Positions 36,351-44,235 of a stretch of 60,539 bases of DNA are shown here, in pieces (the stretch's first letter is position 1; every line of letters starts with the position of its first letter). Origin of the DNA: a virus (lineage: Duplodnaviria > Caudoviricetes); IMG/VR virus record IMGVR_UViG_3300044667_000059, positions 1-60,539 of that record; one strand, 5' to 3'. Below the pieces are notes generated by a model. The model saw only the letters and a list, made by a program, of their open reading frames with translations. It ran no database searches and was not told the origin of the DNA. Position numbers and translations under genes: made by a program.

Positions 36351-36485
36351 CGCCCGCACGGGCGCAGCACCACGACCCGCATGGGTCGAACGAGGACCGC
36401 CCGCACGGGCATGTGACACCCAGTCCCGCACGGGGCATCAGTCAGTCCGCATGGACACGATGCCCGCGAAAGGGATAAAGGGCAT
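36351..36485 (+). promoter_or_regulatory. Array of five GCAY-tetraloop hairpins plus a start-occluding hairpin in the capsid leader
   Basis: Hairpins at 36351-36364, 36373-36388, 36399-36410, 36423-36436, 36445-36456; ATGCCC/GGGCAT at 36460-36485. Confidence 0.7.
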
Positions 36486-37449
36486 GTCCGTCCTCAATTT
36501 CAAGCCGACCGTGTGGAGCAAGGTCATCCTTGCCGCACTCAAGAAGTCCCTCGTCTACGGCTCGTCCGCGATCACCAACGACGACTACGAAGGCGAGATC
36601 TCCGGACCCGGCAACTCGGTTCGGATCACGCAGTTCGGTGACCCCACCGTCAACGACTACACGCCAGGCTCCCCGATCCAGTACCAGGCGCTGCAAGACT
36701 CCGCGCAGGACATGCTGATCGACCAGGCCAAGGCGTTCGCGTTCGAAATCGACGACGTGGACCGCCGCCAGGCCGCTGGCGACATGCAGAGCTACTTGGA
36801 AGACCGTGCCGCGTACAAGCTCGCGGACATCGCCGACCAGTTCATCGCGAACCTGTACACCGGGGTCGCCGCGTCGAACATCCTCGTCGGCCCGTCCAGC
36901 ACGACCACGAACTCGCTGACGCTCGGGAACTACCTACTGCCGCAGCTGTACTCCCCGACCACGCACCCGGCCGACTTCTACACGCAGGTGTTGCTGCCGT
37001 TGGGTGTGGCGTTGGACCAGGCGAACATCCCCAGCAATGGCCGCTACTGCGTCATGCCCTCCTGGTGCGAGGCCCTGGTCCGGCAGACGCAGGCGTTCGT
37101 GTCCGTCACGGACATGCAGGGTGACCCGTCGCGGGTGTTCACCGAAGGGTTCATCGGCCGGGCCGGCGGGTTCGACCTGTACAAGTCGAACAACGCCATC
37201 CAGTTCGACTCCACCCCCGGCACCCAGACCCCAACTGGCGGCTCGGCGACCAGCTACCAGTCCGCGTCGGTGGTGCAGGCCGGCCACAACATGGCCATCA
37301 CCTACGGCGAGCAGATCACCCAGACCGAGGCGCTGCGGTTGCAGACCACGTTCGCTGACGCGGTCCGTGGCCTGCACGTCTACGGCGCGAAGCTCGTCCG
37401 TCCCGACGCCATCGCCGTCGCCGGTGTCGCCCGGCCGCTCGGGATCTGA
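36484..37449 (+). CDS. Major capsid protein
   Basis: NFKPTVWS, DYEGEI..GNSVRI, IDQAKAFAF.IDDVD, FADAVRGLHVYGAK. Confidence 0.93.
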   Translation: MSVLNFKPTVWSKVILAALKKSLVYGSSAITNDDYEGEISGPGNSVRITQFGDPTVNDYTPGSPIQYQALQDSAQDMLIDQAKAFAFEIDDVDRRQAAGDMQSYLEDRAAYKLADIADQFIANLYTGVAASNILVGPSSTTTNSLTLGNYLLPQLYSPTTHPADFYTQVLLPLGVALDQANIPSNGRYCVMPSWCEALVRQTQAFVSVTDMQGDPSRVFTEGFIGRAGGFDLYKSNNAIQFDSTPGTQTPTGGSATSYQSASVVQAGHNMAITYGEQITQTEALRLQTTFADAVRGLHVYGAKLVRPDAIAVAGVARPLGI

Positions 37450-37464
37450 GGGAGGACAACGACA

Positions 37465-37884
37465 ATGGCACGCACTGCTCTGACCCCTGTCAACCTCGTC
37501 CGCGACGGTGGTGTCGCCCAGGGCGCGGGCGCGACCCCGGATGCCACGAACGGCAACACGGTCGCCGTCCCGGGCCCGTTCAACGCGATCATCATCGTGA
37601 AGAACGCGGACTCGTCCAACCACACGCTGAAGCTGCGCAGCGCCAGTTACACCGGCACTCCGGCGGGTGCGGCGAACTCCAGCCTGCTGCCGGCGCAGAA
37701 CGTCGTGTTCACGCAGGGAACCGTCGGCGACCTGTCCGTCACGGTCGCTGCTGGCACCACGCAGATCGTGAAGATCGCGACGACGAACCGGTTCACCCAG
37801 GTCGACGGTTCGATGTGGCTGGACTGGGATGCGTCCACGTCGATGACGGTGTGGGTGCTCACCGAGCCGTACGTGGTGGCGTGA
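37465..37884 (+). CDS. Capsid-associated/decoration protein
   Basis: Directly after MCP, beta-rich, GGAGG RBS. Confidence 0.7.
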   Translation: MARTALTPVNLVRDGGVAQGAGATPDATNGNTVAVPGPFNAIIIVKNADSSNHTLKLRSASYTGTPAGAANSSLLPAQNVVFTQGTVGDLSVTVAAGTTQIVKIATTNRFTQVDGSMWLDWDASTSMTVWVLTEPYVVA

Positions 37885-37886
37885 CG

Positions 37887-38276
37887 ATGCCTCACGTCGA
37901 ACTGCTACTGCCCGGCGGCAGCCGGATGACGGCGAGTCTGCCGCTCAACCAGCACATGCAGAAGCAGCTCAGCAACGGCACGCTCCGGTACGCCGAGGCC
38001 GCGGTATCCCCCGACGTGGCTCTCGACGGGGAGGTCGGCGTCTCGCGCGTGGAGGCGCCGGCACCCGCCGTCCTGTCCCAGCCGGGTGAGCCGGAGAACC
38101 CCGGCCAGCCGGTGGAGGGCGCCGAGGACATTCCCCCGCCGGCTGGGAACGCCACCCGTGAGGAGTGGGCTGCGTACGCGGTGTCGCAGGGGCTGCACCC
38201 GGATGAGGCGGCTCAGTTGAAGCGGGAAGAGATCAAGGCCCGCATCGTCGGCACTGACACCCCGGTCGAGGGCTGA
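37887..38276 (+). CDS. Hypothetical protein with C-terminal helix-loop-helix (Rho-N/HeH-like)
   Basis: PAGNATREEWAAYA...LKREEI. Confidence 0.65.
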   Translation: MPHVELLLPGGSRMTASLPLNQHMQKQLSNGTLRYAEAAVSPDVALDGEVGVSRVEAPAPAVLSQPGEPENPGQPVEGAEDIPPPAGNATREEWAAYAVSQGLHPDEAAQLKREEIKARIVGTDTPVEG

Positions 38277-38279
38277 GTC

Positions 38280-39038
38280 GTGGGCACGACCGCGTTGTAT
38301 CCGAACGCCAGCGCTGATGTGTGGCCTGGCGGTCAGATCACGTTCGCGGTCACCTTCGAGTCGTTCGTCAACTCGAAGATCGGGGTTGCGGCGTCGGGTG
38401 TGACGATCGGGATCACCGCGTCTGGCGCGTCGGACGGCGGCACCGGTACACCGTTGGCACCGACGTCGATCGGTGTGTTGAACGTGGGGACCGGGCTGTA
38501 CCAGTACGTCTGGCACGTCGGCACCAGCGTGGCGCCCGGCTCGTACACGGTGACCTGGTCCGGGACCCGGTCGTCGGACAGCACGCTGGTCACGTACCAG
38601 CAGGTGGTGACGGTCGCCGCGCAACCGGCGGCCGCGCCACTCACCGGGGTGTACGCCACGGTCGCCCAGTATCAGGCCAAGACGGGTGACCAGTTCACCC
38701 CGGCGGCGACTGTCCAGCAGCGACTTCAGTTGGCCAGCGAGCAACTGGACGTCGCCCTGGTCGGTGCGGTGTACGCGGTCGACGCCGACGGCATGCCCAC
38801 CGACCCCGGCCTCGTCGACACCCTGATGCGGGCGTGCTGCGAACAAGCCCGCTACCTCAACGCCCACAACGATGACGCGCAGGTGAAGCGGGAGTACGCG
38901 TCGACGAACGTCGGTGGCGTGTCCGTGTCGCGTGTCGCCTCCATGCAGGGTCGCGCGCTGCCGCCGATCGCACCGCAAGCCCTGGCCATCCTCCGCGTCG
39001 CCGGTGTCCTGCCGGCTGCGCCTCTTGTGAACTGGTAG
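38280..39038 (+). CDS. Head-tail adaptor with N-terminal Ig-like domain
   Basis: YATVAQY...LQLASEQLD...RACCEQ; beta-sandwich N-half. Confidence 0.75.
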   Translation: MGTTALYPNASADVWPGGQITFAVTFESFVNSKIGVAASGVTIGITASGASDGGTGTPLAPTSIGVLNVGTGLYQYVWHVGTSVAPGSYTVTWSGTRSSDSTLVTYQQVVTVAAQPAAAPLTGVYATVAQYQAKTGDQFTPAATVQQRLQLASEQLDVALVGAVYAVDADGMPTDPGLVDTLMRACCEQARYLNAHNDDAQVKREYASTNVGGVSVSRVASMQGRALPPIAPQALAILRVAGVLPAAPLVNW

Positions 39039-39047
39039 GAGATCTCG

Positions 39048-39653
39048 ATGTCAGCACCTCTCGCGCCCGGTGGGCCGGCCAGCATCCAGTACGCCCAGAA
39101 CGCCGTCGCAGGCCAGCCCGACTCGACGTTCGTGTACGCCGCCAACGGTTTGGCCGAGACGATCCCCGCGGCCATGGCCACGACGACCTTGACCCTCGCG
39201 ACCGGCACCGCATCCCTGGCCGCAGTGCACCTCGGCATCGGCACGGTGGTCTCCAACGTCGGGTTCGTCAGCGTCGCCGCCGCGGTCGGTCAGTCGCACG
39301 CCTGGGCCGTGATCACCGACCAGAACGGGATCGTGCTGGGCGCGTCGGCGGACCTGACGACCACGAACCTCGCGGCCACGACGTGGAACACGCTCGCGCT
39401 CGGCACGGCGGTCACCACGAAGTACTCCGGTCTCTACTACCTCGGCGTGATGGCAGCGTTCGCGACCACCGCGCCGACCGTGGCCGGCTCGACCGCACCC
39501 GTCGCGTCGATGACCTCGGGTACGGGTGCGCCGACGCCGAAGCTCGCCGTCACGTCGACGGCATTCGCCACCACCCCACCGGCGGTGGGTGCGTCCATGG
39601 CCACCCTGACCGCTGCGGGCGCGGCGGTCACTCCGTACCTGTTCTGCTCCTGA
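39048..39653 (+). CDS. Virion structural protein (A/T-rich)
   Basis: AGGAG RBS; position in neck module. Confidence 0.7.
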   Translation: MSAPLAPGGPASIQYAQNAVAGQPDSTFVYAANGLAETIPAAMATTTLTLATGTASLAAVHLGIGTVVSNVGFVSVAAAVGQSHAWAVITDQNGIVLGASADLTTTNLAATTWNTLALGTAVTTKYSGLYYLGVMAAFATTAPTVAGSTAPVASMTSGTGAPTPKLAVTSTAFATTPPAVGASMATLTAAGAAVTPYLFCS

Positions 39654-39665
39654 GGAGCCCTTGCC

Positions 39666-39845
39666 GTGCATGTGATCGCGGTCGTCGCCGAGTGGGCCTA
39701 CCAGAACGTGGTGGGCAATCTCGTCGCGTCCGCGATCACGTTCGCCGCCGCGTGGGTGTGGAAGATCCGGCCACTGCACAAGAAGGTCAACCGGTTGCAC
39801 GCCCACCTCATCGAGGGGGTGTGCGGGCATGGTGAAGACCGGTAG
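39666..39845 (+). CDS. Small membrane protein (59 aa)
   Basis: GAGGAG RBS; NVVGNLVASAITFAAAWVW then basic tail. Confidence 0.55.
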   Translation: MHVIAVVAEWAYQNVVGNLVASAITFAAAWVWKIRPLHKKVNRLHAHLIEGVCGHGEDR

Positions 39846-40245
39846 GCACCTGTGGGCGCAGCATCCGCACGTCGACAATGACCTCACCCTCGGCGAGCGG
39901 TGGGCGGACCGGCTCAAGGCCGGGTTCGGCACGTGGTGGTTCCTGGGGATCCTCAATGGCCTGTTCTTCACCTGGGTTGTCGTCGACGCCGTGTCGGGCA
40001 ACAGGATCGACCCGGGCCTGTTCTACGCCAACCTGTTCCTCTCGTGGCTGGCCGGGCAGCAAGGTGGCGCGTTGCAGATCGCCGCGAACCGTGGGGACAA
40101 GAAGGCTGGCGAGCTGGCCCTGTCCACGCACGCGAACGGTGAGACGTTGCTGGACTTGAACCGGCAGCAGATGACGATCCTGAACGAGTTGCGGTCGCTG
40201 CGCGCCGAGGTTGCCGAACAGGTGGAGGGCCGCCATGGTCGCTGA
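39829..40245 (+). CDS. DUF1003-like membrane protein
   Basis: LTLGERWADR...GTWWF...DP...NLFLS..A..Q...NR followed by coiled coil. Confidence 0.7.
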   Translation: MVKTGRHLWAQHPHVDNDLTLGERWADRLKAGFGTWWFLGILNGLFFTWVVVDAVSGNRIDPGLFYANLFLSWLAGQQGGALQIAANRGDKKAGELALSTHANGETLLDLNRQQMTILNELRSLRAEVAEQVEGRHGR

Positions 40246-40570
40246 AGCCGCGAACGCCACCGTCACGATCCTCCGCGCGACGAGTGCGACGAAGTACGGG
40301 CAACCGCAGGGATGGGCGACGTTGTACTCGCACGTGCCAGCGATCCTGGTGGATGACCTGCGGGGTAACCCGAACGTCTCGGACACGACACCGACCGGTA
40401 CGCGGACGGTGGAGTGTCACCTGCCAACCTCCGTGGGTTTGCAGCCCAGTGACCAGATCAAGGATGAAGCGACTGGGTTGCTGTACCTGGTCGGGACGAT
40501 CACGCAGCCGCCGACGTTGATGGGTGCACCGGTGGACACGAGGGTGACGTTGCAGTTGGTGACGCCATGA
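40235..40570 (+). CDS. Head-tail stopper/closure protein
   Basis: TVTILR...KYG, LQPSDQIKDE..G.LY; position. Confidence 0.7.
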   Translation: MVAEAANATVTILRATSATKYGQPQGWATLYSHVPAILVDDLRGNPNVSDTTPTGTRTVECHLPTSVGLQPSDQIKDEATGLLYLVGTITQPPTLMGAPVDTRVTLQLVTP

Positions 40571-41040
40571 GCCTCGACGTCCAAGCGTTGATCAACGCGG
40601 TCCGGGACAAAGCGCTCGCGACTGGACTTTTCGGTGTCATCAACGGGCACGAGCCGGCGACACCGCTGCCGAACGGGTTGGACGCGGCGGTGTGGATGCA
40701 AGCCATCGGCCCGTCCAAGCAGTTCTCGGGCCTGTCCGCGACGGCCGCGTCGGTCATCTTGTGGATGCGGATCTACTCCAAGGCGCTGGACAACACAGCG
40801 ACCCCGGCTGATCTGGACGCGATCGACCCGGCGATCGGTGACGCGACCTCGTCGATGATGGCGTTGCTGTCCGGTGACTTCGAACTCGGGAACACGGTGT
40901 TAGCCGTGGACCTGTTGGGGATGAACGGGGTCCCGCTGTCGTCGAAGGCCGGGAACATCGACGTGTCCGGCACTGTGTACCGGATCGTGGACATCACGAT
41001 CCCGCTGATCATCGATGCCGTGTGGACGCAAGCACCGTGA
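40567..41040 (+). CDS. Tail terminator/completion protein
   Basis: Position; GLF..INGHEP, DFELG, YRIVDITIPLI. Confidence 0.7.
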   Translation: MSLDVQALINAVRDKALATGLFGVINGHEPATPLPNGLDAAVWMQAIGPSKQFSGLSATAASVILWMRIYSKALDNTATPADLDAIDPAIGDATSSMMALLSGDFELGNTVLAVDLLGMNGVPLSSKAGNIDVSGTVYRIVDITIPLIIDAVWTQAP

Positions 41041-41050
41041 GGAGACGCTG

Positions 41051-41377
41051 ATGTGGGAGTGCGAGTCCTGTGGCTGCCAGGGGATCGCGGGTGACCTCGT
41101 GGTGTGCCCGGTGTGCCGTAAGGAACGGCCCGCGGCACCGGTCGGTGACCTCAACTTGGTCGGTGAGCATGGCCCGGAACTGTGGGACCGGAGCAAGTCC
41201 GTTGCGGAGAACCTGCGCGACGACCCCATGCTCGCCGGTGGCGGTCTCGTCTCGCCCGGGGTTACCCCACTGCTCGACGAGCCGGGTCCGGCGCCGTTCG
41301 TGATGCCCAAGCCCACGGTGCCGCCGGACACCGCAACGCCGCCAGCCAGCGAGCAGGGTGGTGACGGGGATGGCTGA
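41051..41377 (+). CDS. Zinc-ribbon protein carrying a VGExGPEL motif
   Basis: GAGGAG RBS; WECESC...CPVC; LVGEHGPEL. Confidence 0.65.
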   Translation: MWECESCGCQGIAGDLVVCPVCRKERPAAPVGDLNLVGEHGPELWDRSKSVAENLRDDPMLAGGGLVSPGVTPLLDEPGPAPFVMPKPTVPPDTATPPASEQGGDGDG

Positions 41378-41807
41378 TGTCACGTTCTCCGGGCCATTCT
41401 TCGAACCGACCGGTGACCAGCTCCTGGCCGACGGCGTCCTGGCCGCCCGGCACGCGGTCGCGGACAAGGGTGTGGAGCTGGTGCGGGCGGTATTCGACGA
41501 ACGCATCCGCGTCAACACCGGTCACCACACGTCGTCGATCACGACGACGGACGAGTCCCGCACGTACACCTCGGACACCGGTCGTAAGGCGTACTCGATG
41601 GACGTGGACGTGCCGGACGACACGACAGTGGTGACGACGTCGAACGCGACCTACGGGCCGTGGTTGGAAGGCGTTGGTAGCCGGAACCCGGTGACACGGT
41701 TCAAGGGCTACCGGGGTTTCGAGGACGCGGCGACCGAGCTGGACGGGCAGGCCGAAGAGATCGCGACCGAGGCGTTGGCGCCGTACATCGAGAAGCTGAA
41801 CGGGTGA
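41370..41807 (+). CDS. Neck/tail completion protein (HK97 gp10-like)
   Basis: TG....SI, YGPWLEG.GSRN..TRFKGY. Confidence 0.7.
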   Translation: MADVTFSGPFFEPTGDQLLADGVLAARHAVADKGVELVRAVFDERIRVNTGHHTSSITTTDESRTYTSDTGRKAYSMDVDVPDDTTVVTTSNATYGPWLEGVGSRNPVTRFKGYRGFEDAATELDGQAEEIATEALAPYIEKLNG

Positions 41808-41811
41808 TCGC

Positions 41812-42747
41812 ATGGCCAAGACTTCCGGGCTTGCCAGTCATTTCTTCGTCGGCGGCTACGACCTGTCCGGCGACACGTCCGCGCTGGACCAGATCCGTGG
41901 TGGCCCGGCGCTGCTAGACGTGACCAGCATCCTCAAGTCTGCGCACGAACGTCTCGGTGGCCTCGCTGACGGTTCGATGCAGTTCACCGCGTTCTTCAAC
42001 AACGGCCCCGGCGCGGAGCATGTGGCACTGTCGCCGTTGCCGCGTACGGACACGATCGGCTCGTACATGGCCGGTTCGACACTCGGCAACCCGGCGGCGT
42101 CGATCAACGCGAAGCAGGTCGGGTACGACCCGACGCGCGACACGAACGGGAACTTGACCGAGAAGGTCCAGTTGCAGGCCAACGGATACGGCCTGGAATG
42201 GGGTGTTGCCCTGACCGCTGGCCCTCGGACGGACACGGTCGCGACGACTGGTACGGCAGTCGACAGCGGCGCGGGGTTCAGCACGCCGGCAGTGCCCGCG
42301 TCGACCACGCCGGTCACGAACACATCGCCGCTACCCGCGACGGTGGTGATCTCCGGCGGCACGTTGACCAACGTGTCGGTCGGCGGCGCCACCGTCGGAA
42401 CCGGGGATGGCACGTACACGGTCCCGGCGGGCTCGACGATTTCGATCACGTACAGCGTGGCGCCGACGTGGACGTGGACGTTGGTGACGACGTTCGGGGC
42501 GCAGGCGTACCTGCACACGACCGCGTTCACGGGCACGTCGGTGGATGTGAAGATCGAGCACTCGGCAGACAACTCCACGTGGGCGACGCTGCTGGACTTC
42601 GGGTCGGTGTCCGCGATCGGCGCGTTACGGGCCACGGTCGCCGGGAACGTGAACCGTTACCTGCGGGCCACGACCGGCGCAGGAACGTTCTCCAGCATCA
42701 CGTTCTTCATCAACTGCAACCGGAATCCCGTGGCGGTGAGCTTCTGA
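41812..42747 (+). CDS. Tail tube-like protein with C-terminal extension (paralog 1)
   Basis: MAKTSGL...DVTSILKSAHERLGGLADG; resembles 43209 ORF. Confidence 0.75.
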   Translation: MAKTSGLASHFFVGGYDLSGDTSALDQIRGGPALLDVTSILKSAHERLGGLADGSMQFTAFFNNGPGAEHVALSPLPRTDTIGSYMAGSTLGNPAASINAKQVGYDPTRDTNGNLTEKVQLQANGYGLEWGVALTAGPRTDTVATTGTAVDSGAGFSTPAVPASTTPVTNTSPLPATVVISGGTLTNVSVGGATVGTGDGTYTVPAGSTISITYSVAPTWTWTLVTTFGAQAYLHTTAFTGTSVDVKIEHSADNSTWATLLDFGSVSAIGALRATVAGNVNRYLRATTGAGTFSSITFFINCNRNPVAVSF

Positions 42748-43205
42748 TGACTGACATGGTTCAGGTGCCGTTCGGGAACACCATGGTGTCCCGAATCCGG
42801 CCAGCGGCCGGCGCCGAACACTACAAGACCTACGGTGCCGTGCTGCCAAGAAAAACCCACTGGGTCTCGGCCACGTGCCAGGAAATCGACTGCGAACCGT
42901 ACCTCAACGGCTGGTCCATCGACTCCACCATCCTGACCGAACAGGACCAGGCGGTGATCAAACAGGCCGGGTACCGGTACATCGTCGTGGACACCCTGTG
43001 GGTGTTCGAGGCCGGGCAACCGTGCTTCAAGTCCTCGCAGCACCAGCGGGAAAACGGTCGGCCGCCGGTGTACTTCGAGCGGCGCGGCGACTGGCGTGGC
43101 GACCCGACCGGTGAAGGTCCGCGCATCCACAAGAACGCGGACGACTGGGTGGACTCCTTCGCAACCAACCTGGACCGCGTCAACGCGGCCATCGAGAAAG
43201 GATGA
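42747..43205 (+). CDS. Hypothetical protein in tail module
   Basis: TGATG coupling; C.EIDC..YLNGW, FEAGQPCF, GDWRG. Confidence 0.7.
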   Translation: MTDMVQVPFGNTMVSRIRPAAGAEHYKTYGAVLPRKTHWVSATCQEIDCEPYLNGWSIDSTILTEQDQAVIKQAGYRYIVVDTLWVFEAGQPCFKSSQHQRENGRPPVYFERRGDWRGDPTGEGPRIHKNADDWVDSFATNLDRVNAAIEKG

Positions 43206-43208
43206 GTC

Positions 43209-43634
43209 GTGGCAAAGACTTCGGGCCTCGGAGCAGTCATTAAGGTGGCGGACGCCTCCGGCACTCCCCAGACGATCACGAATGACATCACCGACTACAA
43301 CTTCGCCACGCCGATGGCCGTGCAGGACGTCACGGGTGTGGACAAGTTCTCGCACGAGCGGCTGCTGCTGTTGGGTGACTTCACGGTCACGTTGAAGGGT
43401 GTGTCGAACTACGCGGCGAACATGAGCCACGCGGTGTTTTCCACGATCTCGTCCACGCGGGTGAACCGGTCGGTGGAGATCGACCCGATCGGCACGACGG
43501 TCGGCAACCCGAAGCTGGTGGTCAACTGTGTGCTGACCGACTACCAGCGGACCCGCGCGAACACCGGTGCCGACACCTGGCAGGTACCCGGGTCACTCGC
43601 CGACGGCAACACGGTCACCTGGACCACCAACTGA
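43209..43634 (+). CDS. Major tail (tube) protein (paralog 2)
   Basis: MAKTSGL...QDVTGVDKFSHERLLLLGDF; directly precedes chaperone and tape measure. Confidence 0.8.
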   Translation: MAKTSGLGAVIKVADASGTPQTITNDITDYNFATPMAVQDVTGVDKFSHERLLLLGDFTVTLKGVSNYAANMSHAVFSTISSTRVNRSVEIDPIGTTVGNPKLVVNCVLTDYQRTRANTGADTWQVPGSLADGNTVTWTTN

Positions 43635-43638
43635 GCCT

Positions 43639-43668
43639 GCGTCGGTGGGTCACGCGGCCCACCGACGC
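43639..43668 (+). terminator. Stem-loop after the major tail gene
   Basis: 11-bp stem GCGTCGGTGGG/CCCACCGACGC. Confidence 0.5.
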
Positions 43669-43693
43669 CTGAACATGAAAGGGGGAACCGGCT

Positions 43694-44113
43694 GTGGGTT
43701 TCCGGGTACCACGCACCGTCTACGCCCTCGTGTTCGACGGCACCCCATTGGAGGGTGCGCACATCCGTGTCGAGGCGATGACGATGGACGAGCGGCTGCA
43801 CGCGTTCTTCGACCTCGAACCGAAGGAGGCCGACACGGTCGCGGAAAAGAAGGCCAAACAGGACCAGCGGTTCCAGATGCTGATCGATCACGTCGTCGAA
43901 TGGAACCTGGAAGACCGTGACGGGCAGCCAGTCCCCGTCACGGTGGAGGGCCTGTTCAAGGCGTGTGAACCGGAGCAGGCCGGCGGCATCCTGGGCGCGT
44001 GGACGTCGGGGAGGCAGTCAGTCCCGGCCCCTTTGGAACCCGAATCTCCCGGTTCCTCGCTGTCGGAGATCCCGATGACTGTCCTGCCGAGTACGCCCGC
44101 GCTCGCTTCATAG
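43694..44113 (+). CDS. Tail assembly chaperone (G-like)
   Basis: Between tube and tape measure genes; VVEWNLED..GQPVPVT. Confidence 0.85.
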   Translation: MGFRVPRTVYALVFDGTPLEGAHIRVEAMTMDERLHAFFDLEPKEADTVAEKKAKQDQRFQMLIDHVVEWNLEDRDGQPVPVTVEGLFKACEPEQAGGILGAWTSGRQSVPAPLEPESPGSSLSEIPMTVLPSTPALAS

Positions 44114-44235
44114 ACCGGATCCTGAAGCGGTACCCCGGTTACACCTACTCGTCGTTGCTGGCCGAGTCGGAAGACCTGCTGTGGCACATGACCCTCGCTG
44201 ACTACGGGAAAGGGGGTGAAATAGCAGGTGAATGA
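44029..44235 (+). CDS. -1 frameshift extension of the tail chaperone (GT-like)
   Basis: In-frame slippery heptamer C CCT TTG (44029-44035); -1 frame open to 44235 (ARFIDRILKRYPGYT.SSLLAES). Confidence 0.78.
   Translation, partial: PFGTRISRFLAVGDPDDCPAEYARARFIDRILKRYPGYTYSSLLAESEDLLWHMTLADYGKGGEIAGE

Noticed and set aside
36351-36456. Hairpin array as CRISPR or a CsrB/RsmZ-like sRNA
   Set aside because: Repeats and gaps are too short for CRISPR; loops are GCAY rather than GGA-presenting
36340-36483. N-terminal extensions from the ORF track (MCP from 36340; also 47578, 24446, 10794, 33744)
   Set aside because: Downstream starts have RBS or stop-start overlaps, and the extensions overlap other genes or structured leaders
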